Shown: positions 13,341 to 27,874, counted from the stretch's first letter. The stretch is DNA of 64,000 bases from Eledone cirrhosa (GCA_964016885.1 OZ024742.1:354578001-354642000); one strand, 5' to 3'. The notes: a model not told the origin generated them from the letters alone. Made by a program: numbers and translations.

Positions 13341-14280
13341 GTAATTGTCTTAACAATTACTGCAGAGGAATGAAAATACATGTTGGATTGCCATTAAAGT
13401 TTAATGATATATATCCACTCCACAGGAGAATGTGTTCTTAAAAATGTGCATGTTGAGTAATCAGGTCATCAGTGGCAGAACGAAGTTTACATTCAAGATT
13501 TATTTTTTCAAGTGGATTATGTTCAGAAAATGTGCATGCTATAATTCTTTGCAGGCTGCATATAGTAAATTAGTTGCATGCTTGTGTTGTAGATTATTGA
13601 AGCTAGTCCTTGTGTTGTAACGTGTTGTACAAGTTATAAGTGTTGTTGAAATACAATAAGGAAACCGATGAATAGAATCAGAACCAACAAATAATTTTAA
13701 TAATTTTATATTTGTCTTGGGTTAAAGACGACACCCTGTTTAAAATATATCAAGCAGAATATGTAGAATCAGTGTTGTTAACTGACGTGTTCATAGAAAG
13801 AAACATTTGTGGGTGAATGGTGAATATGGAGAGGTTAGTTGTGATTAGATGTCTTCGGCAAGGCCGATTTACTAGCTCGGGTGCAGCAGTAATTTAATGA
13901 ACATTGATTACTACAGCCGGGAATTGGCTCTCGAGTATCACACAGACCAGAAAAGTGAGAAGAAGAGAGCAGATTGATTTCGCTTACACACCACTGAGCT
14001 TCATGACAACTATTTCCGGTTAAGACGAAGATAGCGATTTTGATGGTCTGCACTCCATATCCGCAGAATTGCATGTGATAATATCTTTAAATATCTCTCT
14101 ATATGTCTAGGTATGTATAGCTGTATGCCTGTAATAATTTATGAATTGATGAATATAAGTTTATATATATACAAATATATAACGAAGGAAATGTGGTAAG
14201 GAACCAGATGGACCAACCATAACGAATCCAGAATTAGCCATCGAACCAGCTTGAACTCTGCCGTCGTGGTCATACTTATT

Positions 14281-14313
<33 letters not shown>

Positions 14314-14342
14314 GTATATATATATATATATATAGGAACAAG

Positions 14343-14385
<43 letters not shown>

Positions 14386-14386
14386 A

Positions 14387-14436
<50 letters not shown>

Positions 14437-14795
14437 TATGTGTGTATGTGTGTGTTTGGTATAATATTAATTAGTTAAACAACCGATACTATTGTAAGCA
14501 GAGTAACCGAAGTATAGAAATAGGTCTGCTTACAATGGTGTATAATCTATCGATATTCTACTGAAACATTGTGATTGCTTGCTTGCTTAATTGTTTGTAA
14601 TGTAATACAGCAAATATAGCAAATAATGAGAAAGCAATTTGAAAGGAAGCTGTCTCTGAAATGGGAATACAGATGGAATGAAACAAGTTTCGCGTAAATC
14701 GGAACACGCGTTCCCAAGATGTGGATTTTTGCTGGGCACCTTCATAAACAGAGAGAGAGAGAGATAAAGAGATAAAGAGAGAGATAGATGGATAG

Positions 14796-14826
<31 letters not shown>

Positions 14827-14841
14827 CAGAGAGAGAGAGAT

Positions 14842-14928
<87 letters not shown>

Positions 14929-15122
14929 TAATTTGTAGCAATCCTAACATTCTCAAATATATTATGTGTGTTTATGCTCTCTGAATATAGATCACACACA
15001 CCCACACACATACACACGCATACATACACACATACACACACACACATATATATATATATACACTCATGCATATACACTCATGTATACACACACTCATGTA
15101 TACACAGAAATATTTCACACAC

Positions 15123-15160
<38 letters not shown>

Positions 15161-15301
15161 GTGTTAAACGATATTTAATGATTATGTCAAAGAATTAGTT
15201 TTACATTAGATTGGAAGCACTCTACGGTTAAAATAATTTTCCGGAGTTATTAATATTAAAATATAAATATTAACGAAATAGATGTTCTTTTGATCAATTA
15301 C

Positions 15302-15354
15302 ATTTTATTATACAAATTTCGGATGTACAACAGTACGTCCTCATCAGACAAAAT
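15302..15354 (-). ncRNA. Type I hammerhead ribozyme
   Basis: AUUUUGU-CUGAUGA-GGACGUAC(UGUU)GUACAUCC-GAAA-UUUGUA-UA-AUAAAAU. Confidence 0.78.
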
Positions 15355-15867
15355 ATAATGATACATGACCTACTCTGAGATGTTAAATGGTTAACATTTA
15401 ATCAAGGTGGTGATTAACCCAAGAGAACATTTTACATGTATAGCGTAATTATGAGAAAATGTGAAAACGTAATAAATTCATTAGAGAATGTGTGAGTAAG
15501 AAAAACGTTGCTTACTATTACTGTTCTAGAGGTTTTAAAATCTATGATACTACGATATATCTAAGAAAACGTCTCATGAATCATAACAGCCAGTGATAGC
15601 CACTGGAAAAGGATTTATAAAGGGGGAGAGATAAAGAACATATATTTTATTAATATTTGTATTTTAATATATTGAGAAAAATTTGGTCGTTCTGACTGCT
15701 GCTAGTTATAGCACTAGCCATCTGACCTCTCTGCCTCTGCCTTTATCTTTACACTCGGCCCTTGAAAAAATTGATTCCACTTCATTTACTCTCATCTCGG
15801 GAACAATTTTGAATAGCGCCAGTTCGTAATTTGAATTCGAGAATTTTATATTCTCCGAATGAAAATA

Positions 15868-15951
15868 ACCTTCTGACGAGATTCTTTCTTTGCAACGAAG
15901 GCCGTATGGACTCCGTTTATTTTTGAGAATCGAAACCGACTCGGTAAAGGT
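15868..15951 (+). ncRNA. Type I hammerhead with 40-nt stem II loop
   Basis: ACCUU-CUGACGA-GAUUCU...AGAAUC-GAAA-CCGACUCGG-UA-AAGGU; all three stems pair. Confidence 0.85.
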
Positions 15952-16018
15952 AACCATAGTAAGTACAGTTAATTTTTTAAAATTAATTTTGAAACTTTAT
16001 CTTATTTGCTAAACCTTG

Positions 16019-16065
<47 letters not shown>

Positions 16066-16104
16066 GCGTTCAAGTTTCATTTTACATTATATACATGTAT
16101 GTCA

Positions 16105-16222
16105 TTCTGATTTCAAATCCCGCCGAGGTTGACTTTGGCTTTCTTCCTTACGGGGTCGATCAAATAAGTACCAGTAATGCACTGTGTAATTGCTGGTCTT
16201 GTGCCAAAGTAGAAACAATTAT
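16105..16222 (+). mobile_element. SINE, 5'-truncated
   Basis: B box plus GCCGAGGTTGACTTT...GGGGTCGAT...AGTAGAAACAATT. Confidence 0.8.
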
Positions 16223-17132
16223 ATACATCTATGGGCATATTTTAATTATTTTTAAATTTCACCTTTAAGTGAACACGATTTTTTAAAAACACCTTGATGG
16301 GAACGTGACCCCTTGGGTCACGGGTGGTTTAATTATAATAATATCGCGCAGTTGAACAGATTAAAATTTGCTGCAGTTATCTTTTACACACACACACACA
16401 CACACACATACACACATCCGCGCACACACACACACACACACACATACACATATATATATATATATATAATCTTACGGCATATATTGATGCAATAAATTCA
16501 AGCACTTGACGCATGATTTCCACACAGTAAAAACGGAGTCTATTAAGAATGAGAAAATGCGAAGTAGTTTCAGATGTTAAAGTCCTTTATTGGTAACTAT
16601 CAGAAAAAACATCCCTCGGGTGGTTTTCTGTTAGTATGTGTAGTGTGCATATTGTTATTATAGGGAGGTATCTATCTATCTATCTAGGGCGGCTAAAATT
16701 CCCTAGATCTATGGACGTGTTCTCTCCAGTGGTCTCTGTCCCTCATTATCGCTGCCATGTCCTGCGTCTCCAACAGACCAGTGTCTGTCCTTAGGGCATC
16801 AACATACGTTAACCTTATATACATCAAATAAAATCATAATTGACAATATATAATACATAGAAATTGAACGAAGACTGCGTTACACTGTCTTATTTAATCA
16901 GTAACGTAATCCATGATATATTAAACAAGACGATATTATATATAAACTGCATTAGGAGAAAATTAATGACAGAAAATTAATATGATTATTTAAGCGATGA
17001 CCAACGGGAAGTGTTTACATTTCAGAAATTTTAAAGAAGTGAATCTTTAAATAAACAAAATATATTTAATCAACAGCCAAGAAATTTAGTAGATAAATTA
17101 TGTAATATTCATTTATTATTTATTCAAAGTAA

Positions 17133-17280
17133 TGCTTTCCAGCATAGTTACGTCGCTTTACGATCTGAGTTCAAATCCCGCCGAGGTTGACTTTGCCTTT
17201 CATCCTTACGGGGTCGATAAAATAAAGTACCAGTAATGCACTGGATAATTGCTGGCATTGTGCCTAAAGTAGAAACAATT
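17133..17280 (+). mobile_element. SINE, 5'-truncated, with ~20-bp flanking direct repeat
   Basis: ATTATTTATTCAAAGTAA occurs on both sides. Confidence 0.85.
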
Positions 17281-18112
17281 ATTTATTCAAAGTAACGCAA
17301 CTTATTTTACTAATGGGATAAACAATTATAAACCGTACGCAGTCGCGCGCCCCTTACTTTATTATAGTTTAGATTATATTTGTTAGTGTTTTCGTACTGT
17401 AACCATTATATTAAATGAGTTTTAAAAAAAAAGAGTTAATAAATAAATAAAACAGTATACTTGTTTTACCCTCCCATTTCCAATTAAACATAACGCTATC
17501 ATGACTGTATGTGTGTGGTTGTGTAAATGTATATGTATGAATGTATGTATTTTGTGTAAATGTATATGTGTGAATGTATGTATGTTTGTGTGAAAGTATG
17601 TGTGAATGTATGTATGTTTGTGTGAAAGTATGGGTGAATGTATGTATATTTGTGGGAAAGTATACCCTCCCATCTCCAATGAAACCGAACGCTATCATGA
17701 CTGTATGTGTGTGTTTGTTTAAATATATATGTGAAAATATGTATGTTTGTGTGAAAGTATATGTGTGAATGTATGTATAGTTGTGTGAAAGTATGTGTAT
17801 TTGTGTGAATTATCTCCGTGAGAGTGTATTTTTATAATTTTGTGTTTGCGCGATTATAGTTATATACTCACAATAGATTTTTACTCATACATATAGATGC
17901 ATGTATGTGCACAGTCATACGCGTCAGGTGTAGAAAATCATAATCTCTCTATCTCTCTCATCACGCACTCTCTTTTTCTATATATATGGTAGTTGAAGTG
18001 GTGGTGGTAGCGACGATATACCGGAAGTGAAAATTTGAAAAGAAGTCAATTTGAAATTACTTACTTTTACGAAATTGAGTACATAAATTATGTAATATTC
18101 ATTCATTACTTG

Positions 18113-18296
18113 TATTGGCAGTATCGGTAGAGGGTCAGACGCCGTGCTTTGCAGCAAAGAGTTACGGCCCTTTATGGTCTGAGTTCAAATCCCGCCGAGG
18201 TTAACTTTGCCTTTCATCCCTACGGGGTCGATAAAATAAAGTACCAGTAATACACTGGGATAATTTCTGGCCTTGTGCCAAAAGTAGAAACAATTA
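18113..18296 (+). mobile_element. SINE, near full length
   Basis: A box TGGCAGTATCGG, B box GAGTTCAAATCC, Nin/Deu-like domain. Confidence 0.88.
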
Positions 18297-18410
18297 TTTA
18301 TTCAAAGTAATCCAACTTATTTTACTAATGGGATAAACAATTATAAACTGTACGCAGTCACGCGCCCCTTACTTTATTATAGTTTAGATGATGTGATACA
18401 TATTGCAATG

Positions 18411-18660
18411 ACGAAAGTGGCCACATTATTCCGTGTACCCAGTGCCGCGACATCATCAGATAGCTTCTTATATAATATGGTTTCGTTCCCAAGGCAATCC
18501 AAACACAAACAGGAGAATGGGCAGGCGATTCAAGAACACACGCCTTGTCCTTTCCCTTCCCGTTTCTGTTTTGATTGCCTTGGGAACGTAACCTTTTTAT
18601 ATGAGAAGCTGTCTGATGATGTCACGGCACAGGGTACACGAAATCGTGTGGCTACTCTCG
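18411..18660. repeat. ~250-bp imperfect palindrome with degenerate HHR-like cores
   Basis: Arms ~115 bp; CTGATGA at 18613 and GAAA at 18640, mirrored on the minus strand. Confidence 0.7.
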
Positions 18661-18873
18661 GCAGTGAAATATGTACCACAGCTTTACCAATAAAGGACTT
18701 TAACATCTGAAACTACTTCGCATTTTCTGATAATATATATTTATGTAAATATATACATATATATATATATATATAAATTAAATTAACCGATATAAAAGAC
18801 ACAGAAGCGAAAAGCGAAATCCAACCAAACAGTGAGTGTGTTCTGTTATTAATTATGGCAATATTACACAAAT

Positions 18874-21800
18874 ATGACCCTCCCCAAGTATAACAATATA
18901 TGTTTCGACACACGATTTCATATCAAACACCTCGCAAAACTAATTCATCGCCGTTATAGCATTGGCTTGTGCCAAGCTGGAAGGTTATTGAAAGTCACTG
19001 TTTTCTGTTATATGAATACTACAATAACAACAGAACAAATCCGCTTCTTAAAACACTGTGTTTCCACCAAAATATACACAACAAACATATCAAAACAAGT
19101 AAATAATTTATTATTGAATAAAACACAAGCTGGACAACTAAAACACACAATAACAGTTAATATGAAAAGAACAACATACACACAAGTCAACGAACTTTAC
19201 AGACAGAAACGCATTAACGGTAAGGAAGTCCGAAATCTCACCACACCAAACGAAAGGGATGACTTCATGAGCGTCATCAGACGTGAAACGAAATACGCCC
19301 GAATGCAATAGGCATTTCAATAAGAAATTAGAATGGATGAATAAGAAAAACTAGAAGAAAGAAAAATAGAATATTCTCAAAAATACCCGAACAATATCCG
19401 TATGACTGATGTAAAACTACCGGAAGAATTTACCAATGACCACACAGTAAATATTTATGGAAACACATTAATCAGTGACAAAGAACATCAAATCATGCAG
19501 CTACCACCAACATTTGCTATCTAGAAAAATATTAACCCTTGAATGCAAAACGGAGCTGGAAAATTCTTTCACAAAAATACGTTGGAATGCAAAAGTAAAC
19601 AACAACGACAACTATACGGACAACAACAACAATAATAATAACGATAGTAGTAATAAAAACAATAACTTTGAGTATATAAATAACAGCTATAATAGTAATG
19701 GTCATAACGATAACAATAGCAGGAGAGTGAGAAATAGTAATAACATTAACGATAGACAGAACATCAACAACAACCACAATAATAATAATATAAACATTAA
19801 CTACAGACACAGCAGCAGCGACCACAGTAGTAATAACGGTAATAATACGAATAACAACAACAACAACCACAGTGGTAATAATAGAAATAATACATGTAGC
19901 AACATTAATGATAGACACAACAAAAACAAGAAACATAATCAAAGTAACAACCACAATAGTAGAAATAATAGTAACAACAACAATAACGGTGGAGAAAACA
20001 AAAACAAAACATCTAACAATCACAGCAACAATACATTTAGCAATCATATCAACAATACATCTCACAATCACAGCAACAATACATCTAGCAATCATAACAA
20101 TAATAATAATGCTAATGATAGGAACAACAACAACCACCATAATAACAATAATAGCAACACACACAACTATGATGATAGATATAATGACAACCCCTTAGAG
20201 AAACTATTCTTCAACCCAGCTGACAAAATATATAAGATGGGTAATATCTATCCTACGAGGTTACCCTTTAATAAAAGAGTTTGCATGCCACAACAAATAG
20301 ATGACGAGATAGAGGCACAGTTCACCATAGCTAGAAATAAGATTAGACAAATAGTAGACCGGTTAACTGAGAGAGAGAGCAGACCAGAGGTCCAGGAACT
20401 TGGGAGGAAACCTGTAGAATACTTGGTTAGCCCCAAGCAGCGCACAAGGGATGGTGAGGTAGTATGTCTACACACGGATAAGTCTGGTAGGATGTCAATA
20501 GACAGCATGCCGAAGTACATCAAGGCTATGCAACCCCACATCACCAACACGAGCGAAATTGCACAGTAAATACATGATAGGAGAGAGAAAATCCTCAACG
20601 TTCAAATGATGATGTGGACCGACATCCTAAAGCCAAGCAGACGCACTGCTAACAACTTCCAGGAGTCTAACAATGGCATACCACCCTTGTATGGGCTCCG
20701 TAAAGACTACAAGACAGTCGACGACCCGACAACAGGACCACCAACTAGACCCGTATGCGGAGCAAATATAGCTAGCAACTACAGGACCTCCTACTTCCTC
20801 TCAATTGTTATACGCCCCATAATCAAGATGTCCCCAGATGTATGTGACAGTCCAGAGGACCTCCTCAGCAGAATAAGTGAGTGCAACAAAAACAGGAATC
20901 TATCCAACTGCATAATAGGCAGCATGGATGTGGTATCACTGTACACATCCATTAACATTGATTTTGCTGTGTAAAAATGTGTGGAGATGATCATTGAGAG
21001 TGAGGTGGAGTTCTGCGACGTCGACACAGACGAACTGGGCCCCCTACTTAGACTTACCTACGACACTGACTACCTAGACAGCCATGACCTTAGACGTTCC
21101 TGCCCCAGTAGACCCATAAGAGGTAGACCCCCACCATAACCTCAATGGCTAAAAAGACTCCCATAGGAAGGTGGATTGGGTGGACCAAAGCTAAACGGAG
21201 CCCCCCAAAACAATGATCGGGTAAGGAAAATGGTCGCACATGCAATAGGGGCTAGTATCAAAACTACCCTAAAGGGCCACATATTCAAGTTCAACGAAAA
21301 GATCTACACCCAAAATGAGTGAGCAGCCATTGGCGTCAGCATAGCTGGTGACGTTGCCAACCTTTTCATGGTATGGTGGGAAAGGAGACTTAAATATCTC
21401 CTTTATGAGAGCTCTATAGACCTCATCATGTAATCTCGTTACGTAGACGATATCAATATAGTTATAAGAACATCCCCACAAGAGAGCACTAACAAGTTTG
21501 ATTTAGAACGTAGCGCAATGGAAAGCATCCAGCAGATAGCTAATTCCATACACCAGAGTATAACTGTAACTATCGACTACCCTTCCAAACACCCTATCAA
21601 CTGACTACCTGTATTAGACACTGAACTCTGGATTAATACTATAGACGAGAGAGCCCAAATTCTCCACTCACACTATGCTAAACCCATGGCCTCCAAATAC
21701 GTGATACTCAAGAACTCAGCAATGTCCAGTAGTGCTAAGTTTAATATCCTGATCGAAGACTTGGTACGAGTGGTGAAGAATGTGTCCTGCATGTGCGACG

Positions 21801-22590
21801 CAACAGAAATGGAAAGACACATCCAAAACTTCATCAACCGCATGCAGGCTACAACCAAAGAGACAGAATCAGAGTATACAAAGGAGCCACGGAGAAGTAT
21901 AAGACCCTCATAGAATTGGACATGAAAGGAATTTGCCCATTATACAGGAGCAAAATAATGGAATATCTTAGATAGGGCTAGACATAAGATAGGGAAAGCC
22001 GCATCATGGTACGACAACCAGAGATGGCAGAGTGTCATGTTTGTGAACGCTAAACCTGGAGGTAAATTAGCTAACCAGTGTAGAAAGGCCCTGAGAAAGA
22101 CCGACTTAAAGGTTAAGGTGGATGAATAGCCAGGAACCACCATAAAATCCCTGATCAGCAAAACTTACTATTTTAAGAAAACCCACTGTACTAATAGGAA
22201 ATGTATCATATGTAAGGTAAGCCCCCGGATAATCTGTAAAACTAGAAACGTAGTCTATAGCATAAGATGTACAGAGGGTACGTGCAGAAACATGATAACA
22301 ACATACATAGGCGAGACAGCTCGTATCATAGATGAAAGGATAGACCAACACTGTGGGAACTAAAAGGACGAAAAAACGGTTCAGTACTATACAAACATGC
22401 CAGGAAACAACACCACGGTAACATAGACAACATAGAAATTAGAATAATATCTAAACATAGAAATGACCCAGCAGATAGGCAAATCAGCGAGGCCAGTGAA
22501 ATAGAACTTAGAAGGCCAAGGCTAAACAGAAAAAATGAATGGAATAACAACACCCAAACAAACAACACTGACCTAAGAGAAGTATAAATA
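18874..22590 (+). pseudogene. Penelope-like RT-GIY-YIG polyprotein with multiple stops and frameshifts
   Basis: TDKSGR, PPLYGLRKDYK, PTRPVCGA, GSMDVVSLY, AAIGVSIAGDVANLFM, RYVDDI (~21437), LPVLD, NVVYSIRC..TYIGETAR. Confidence 0.9.
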
Positions 22591-22845
22591 AATAAATAAA
22601 TAGATAAATAAATAAATACATACACAAGCACAATAACAACAAACACATATTAACACACACTAGTAAAGATAGAATACATTAACCAAAACAAAGTCACCCA
22701 ATCACGAACACACATGAAACAAAACACTATACACACACGCAAACGCATGCGCAAAGAAGACAACAAAACAAACAAATAAATAAATATATAAACAGACTAA
22801 ATAAAGATGGCGTAGAAAATACAATGCAGGGGGAGGAAACAATAG

Positions 22846-22889
22846 CACCACTGACGATGTTGCAGATGTGCAACGAAAGAACTTTGATA
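22846..22889 (+). ncRNA. Hammerhead in the 3' pLTR (stem I partly decayed)
   Basis: CUGACGA-U-GUUGCA(GAUG)UGCAAC-GAAA-GAAC-UU-UGAU. Confidence 0.65.
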
Positions 22890-23087
22890 AACTATATATA
22901 TGTGTGTGTGCCTATATTGTATCTGTATTGTTGACCGTTGGTCAGACAATGGCAACATTGAGGACCGAATAAATTCAATTACCGATGTAAAAGACACAGA
23001 AGCGAAAATCAACCAAACAATGAGTGTGTTCTGTTATTAATTCTGGCAATATTACACAAATATGACCCTCCCCAAATATAACAATAC

Positions 23088-23118
<31 letters not shown>

Positions 23119-23174
23119 TATTATGTATAGAGACGAAACATAAGTTAACTCATTATCTCATAATCCTTTATTCG

Positions 23175-23228
23175 CTGCAATATAAATGTCGACGATAGCC
23201 ACTGAATGGCTATGACCTCATCAGGCAG
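23175..23228 (-). ncRNA. Degenerate hammerhead (GAAA replaced by GACA)
   Basis: CUGC-CUGAUGA-..AUAGCCA(UUCAG)UGGCUAU..-GACA-UUUAUA-UU-GCAG. Confidence 0.4.
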
Positions 23229-23292
23229 TTAGCCAGTTCTTAGATATGCCAGCACTGTGTTTATGGCGTTGATGGAATCAGAGCCTTGGGAC

Positions 23293-23362
<70 letters not shown>

Positions 23363-23765
23363 GCATATGATGTTTGCAAAACGATTTCGTGTAATGCCAT
23401 CGCTCGGTACTTAACCATGAGCATCACGGGCGCGGCCTTTAGTCCTCTCAGGGAGTTTCCTATGACTAGTATTACGATGTATCCTTAAAACTATCACATA
23501 TCAAACGATGAAGTTGTTTTAAGTAAGGAAACCTTTGCATGAGGCCAATCCCACTTTCTGGATATCCAATGTATTTGCCTAAAAGATGAATCGGTCTACA
23601 TCATTGTATGCAGATGAAGCCACAGATTATATATCAGAGTGGCCTTCTCCTAGAGAGTTATCTTAATTAAGACTAGGAGTCTCTCGCACAAAAAAGAGCC
23701 CTCCCCCACAAAACATTGTATATGGCCGTTGATTTTTATATTTTACTCCGCCCTTTCACATATAT

Positions 23766-23835
<70 letters not shown>

Positions 23836-24148
23836 CATGACTATCTCTCTCTATAAATATAACTTCCATTTTTGACCAAGTGTTCGCTACAAGAAAGATG
23901 AACCTCTCCAACACAATTTCAAATTGTGAATGTTAAACTCTTTTTAATGGTAGTATTCAACATTTGATGAGGTGGTATACACTGATTATATATATATTTT
24001 ATATACATGATAAAACTCCCTTTTTTCTAAAAAATAATTATTCCTCTCATGTTTTCAATAATGTCCCTTTGACTAATCAAGTAAGAAAAAAAGAAAAACA
24101 GATCCTTAAATATATTTTCGGTTCTATTTCCAATTCGACTCTCCCTCC

Positions 24149-24238
<90 letters not shown>

Positions 24239-24717
24239 GGTTTTATACATTTCTATTCATATATGCTTACGCATCGATATTGTATGATCCTCATGTGTAT
24301 GTATATATAATACCAGTTGAATTTCAGGACCATTTAATCTATTTATACAAACATAATCATTTCTAATATAATTTTCTACTTAGCAGTTACGTGAAGTTTG
24401 CGGTATTAGGTTTCATAACCATAGCCTTTAACTGTCTTAGGTATGAACTTAATTTTATTGACAAGGTGTAGTATCTCTTTCCTCATTAAATCAGCATAAA
24501 TGTTTCTCTTTTTTTTATCATTCAACTTTATGAATATAATTGGTGGACAACATATATCTAACACCATGAATACGCTTTTGTTTTGTACGAGAAAACCTCG
24601 CGCACACACACATTGGTACATTCACACCCATGCCCATACACACACACACCATCTGATGTCTATACATTATATAGAGAGTTTGACAACATTATTCCAGCAA
24701 TATATATGTATATATAT

Positions 24718-25095
24718 ATATACAATATGTTGAAAACGTAACACACCAGAGAGAGATATTCAGTGCGCTATCAATAAAAGAGGGGAAAAAACACCAATGT
24801 ATGGAATCTATAACCTATGAAAGGCAGACTATAGACACGATAATTAAAAATAGAAATTAAAGCGTAAATAAATACCTCTATAACTATATAACACACGTAC
24901 AAATCCAAAGATACTAATCCAAAGATATGTTTCACCAGTAATTTGTTGAAAGAAATGGCTTTGCCTCGGTTCATCAGCGTGTGTAAGGCTATACATTTCA
25001 GACATCACTAAGACAATTTTAAAAGTGACTGTCCAGCTACTGATAGCGCACTGTATATCTCTCTCTGGTTTGTTACCTTTCCAACGTATTGTATT
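24718..25095. repeat. Element with ~55-bp terminal inverted repeats
   Basis: ATACAATATGTTG...CAGTGCGCTATCA mirrored by TGATAGCGCACTG...CAACGTATTGTAT. Confidence 0.65.
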
Positions 25096-25174
25096 TTAAA
25101 GAGCTCAGGATTTCTTCTCCTTTGAGCACATTATTTACAGGGAATAGCGAGGTCCTATGCTTCCGTTAATTTAT

Positions 25175-25250
<76 letters not shown>

Positions 25251-25277
25251 ACATACACACACACTCATATAACCACA

Positions 25278-25408
<131 letters not shown>

Positions 25409-25447
25409 ATATTAAATAAATGGAAACCATATTTATATAACCATTTT

Positions 25448-25510
25448 TATTTTATTATATTTATTTCAACGGTACCCAGACACATTGGTACGCTTTCCTC
25501 AGATAAAATA
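25448..25510 (-). ncRNA. Type I hammerhead ribozyme
   Basis: UAUUUUAU-CUGAGGA-..GUACC...GGUAC..-GAAA-UAAAUA-UA-AUAAAAUA; inverted partial partner at 25552-25665 with a perfect 23-bp hairpin before GAAA. Confidence 0.7.
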
Positions 25511-26411
25511 TAAATTTTGTTTCATAAGTAGAGACATGTCCATGAAAATCCTACCTTATCGGTTGGATATTCTCTATACTGAGAATATCCAACCGATAAG
25601 GTATGAAATATATATAATAAAATAAATATGGCTTTCTATATATAGTTTCCATTTACTTAATATCAATGAATATTTACTCCACCAACTGTTGAGTGCTCTA
25701 AATCAGTTATAAACATTTATATTTGTCGGACTTCCAACAAATTAAAAACCTCTTCTACTTGTGACCCCACTTGTTGACCTGTCACCGTAAGATATACTCG
25801 GTTGATTACTACTAACACTTAACATAGTCTCACTACAATTCCGTCCCACCTAGTAAACCTTTCTATAGTTTAGCAGTACCAGTGAGAGACTTGATGATTG
25901 TGGTTAGGGAATAGTAACCAGAAATTGTTTTTTTATATTTTTAACATCTTGGTATTCTTCTATATATTTACTCTATATTGATTTACTTATTGTTTCGACT
26001 CCCCCCCCCCCCTGCCCCTCCCTACTATACTTGCTTGACCTCCTGCCCTGCTGTAGTTGGCACTATCAACGCACGACTGGGTTTCCTCCACTCCCACTCC
26101 CTATTCTTCTACTGGCAGGTTCATCTACCCCATTCTTCCACAAATTGCCATGATAGAATTATGTGTCTCAACAACAAACTTTTGACCAATCCTTGTGACA
26201 ATCACTTTTACCATATATGGAATTACCCCCTGAGAAGCTCGGCTATTTATATACCAGGATAAAAATGTTCATTTAGTCCAGAATTAGCCGTCGAAACGGC
26301 TTGAGCTCAGCCGTCGGGGTCCTACTCGTTCCTATTACCCACGCTACTATCCTAAGTATTGAGTACTTTGGTGCGTTATGGTCCACCTGGTTCCTTACCA
26401 CATTTCCTTCG

Positions 26412-26461
<50 letters not shown>

Positions 26462-27499
26462 ATAGTTATACACACACACACTAACACATATACTTTCTTC
26501 TCTTTTCTCTCCCTTTACTTCCTTTCTTCACGAGACAATCATTGCTATAAAAATCACAATACCATATCCTAGTCATCACATAAAACAGTATGTTGTACCT
26601 GTTATGACTTAGTTGCTATATGTTGTTGTTCTGTCTTGTATTTTCATGCAATGATGGTGCTTTGGGTTATATCAGACGCTGGGTACAAGGATATAACCGT
26701 TTGAAACCGGGATGGAATCTTGATGGGGTTCAAACTACGTCTATAAAAGTACCAGACGTCCATTATTTTGAGGTATGTGTATTACGTTTGTCATTTTTTT
26801 TAAAAAAAGGTAGTCCCTTCCAAAAAGATTTCGTTTAGCTTTGTGTTCAATCGGTCACAACTTTCTTAATATTCCTAATGTTATTTTGTATATACATGTA
26901 TAAATGTATTCATGCATGTATGTATATAGGTTTAACAACATTCTTTCTAATTTTAAATGATAGTTGATTTGTTTCTATGCATATACGCAGTTATGAATAT
27001 ATTTCAATTTAAATTCCTTTTAAGAATAAATCTAGTATGATGTGTGTAGATATAAAGTTAGCAAATCACTTAGATTTTGCTGCACCCTATTAAAGAACAT
27101 TTTACAAAATGTTTATATCATTAAAGACATCCTGATTTTTGCCTCTTGCCACATAACTGTCTATATTATAGTTTATTTCTGAGAAATTATATATTAATAT
27201 GAAGTAGGGACAGGCATCATAGTGGACAGCAAAACAAGGTTTGGTTTATGATATATTTTAACTGATATATTTTAAATGTTTTTAATCCGTAATACGTTTG
27301 AGAATGTTAGGATTGCTACAAATTATCATTTTCTCACATCCATAAATAAATCAAAGGTTGCATTTGTGTGTAAGATGTAATATATATACATGATATAGGA
27401 TTCTAGTTTGATTCTACCAAATAAAATTTCCCATTTTAAAAATATTTTATTGATTTAAATTAAATCGTGTCAAGAAAAAAAGGTGACTAAGGGTTTCGG

Positions 27500-27702
27500 A
27501 TTTAGGCACAAGGTCAAACATTTGGGGGGAGGGTAAAGTTCAGTAAATCGATCCTCGGTGGTTTACTGGTCCTTTAATAAGTTGACCCCATAAGGATGAA
27601 TGGCAAAGCTAACCTCGGCGAGATTTGAAATGAGAATATATAGGGCCATGACTGTATGCCGTGAAGCATGTCTGACGCTCTACCGATTCAGCCAATCAAC
27701 CA
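27500..27702 (-). mobile_element. Diverged SINE
   Basis: AAGGATGAATGGCAAAGCTAACCTCGGCGAGATTTGAA...CTCTACCGATTCAGCCAATC. Confidence 0.7.
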
Positions 27703-27789
27703 CAACTGGATAATAAAATAACATGACATGCTGGAAGGAGTGTTTGAGGAATCTGCTCCGCACCGACCCTATCAATAATAAGAGTAAGG

Positions 27790-27874
27790 AGGAGGGGGAA
27801 GAACAAGAAGAAGAAGAAGAAGAAGAAGAAGAAGAAGAAGAAGAAGAAGAAGAAGAAGAAGAAGAAGAAGAAGA
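27790..27874. repeat. (GAA)n microsatellite
   Basis: Direct inspection. Confidence 0.95.

Larger units (their letters stand above)
18783..23085 (+). mobile_element. Near full-length degenerate Penelope-like element with direct terminal repeats
   Basis: 18783-18898 is repeated at 22978-23085; (TA)n on both sides; RT plus C-terminal GIY-YIG. Confidence 0.92.

Noticed and set aside
21300-21610. In-frame TGA codons in the Penelope RT as selenocysteine (as reported for some Naiad elements)
   Set aside because: They fall at apparent Gly/Arg rather than Cys positions and coexist with TAA/TAG stops and frameshifts; ordinary decay
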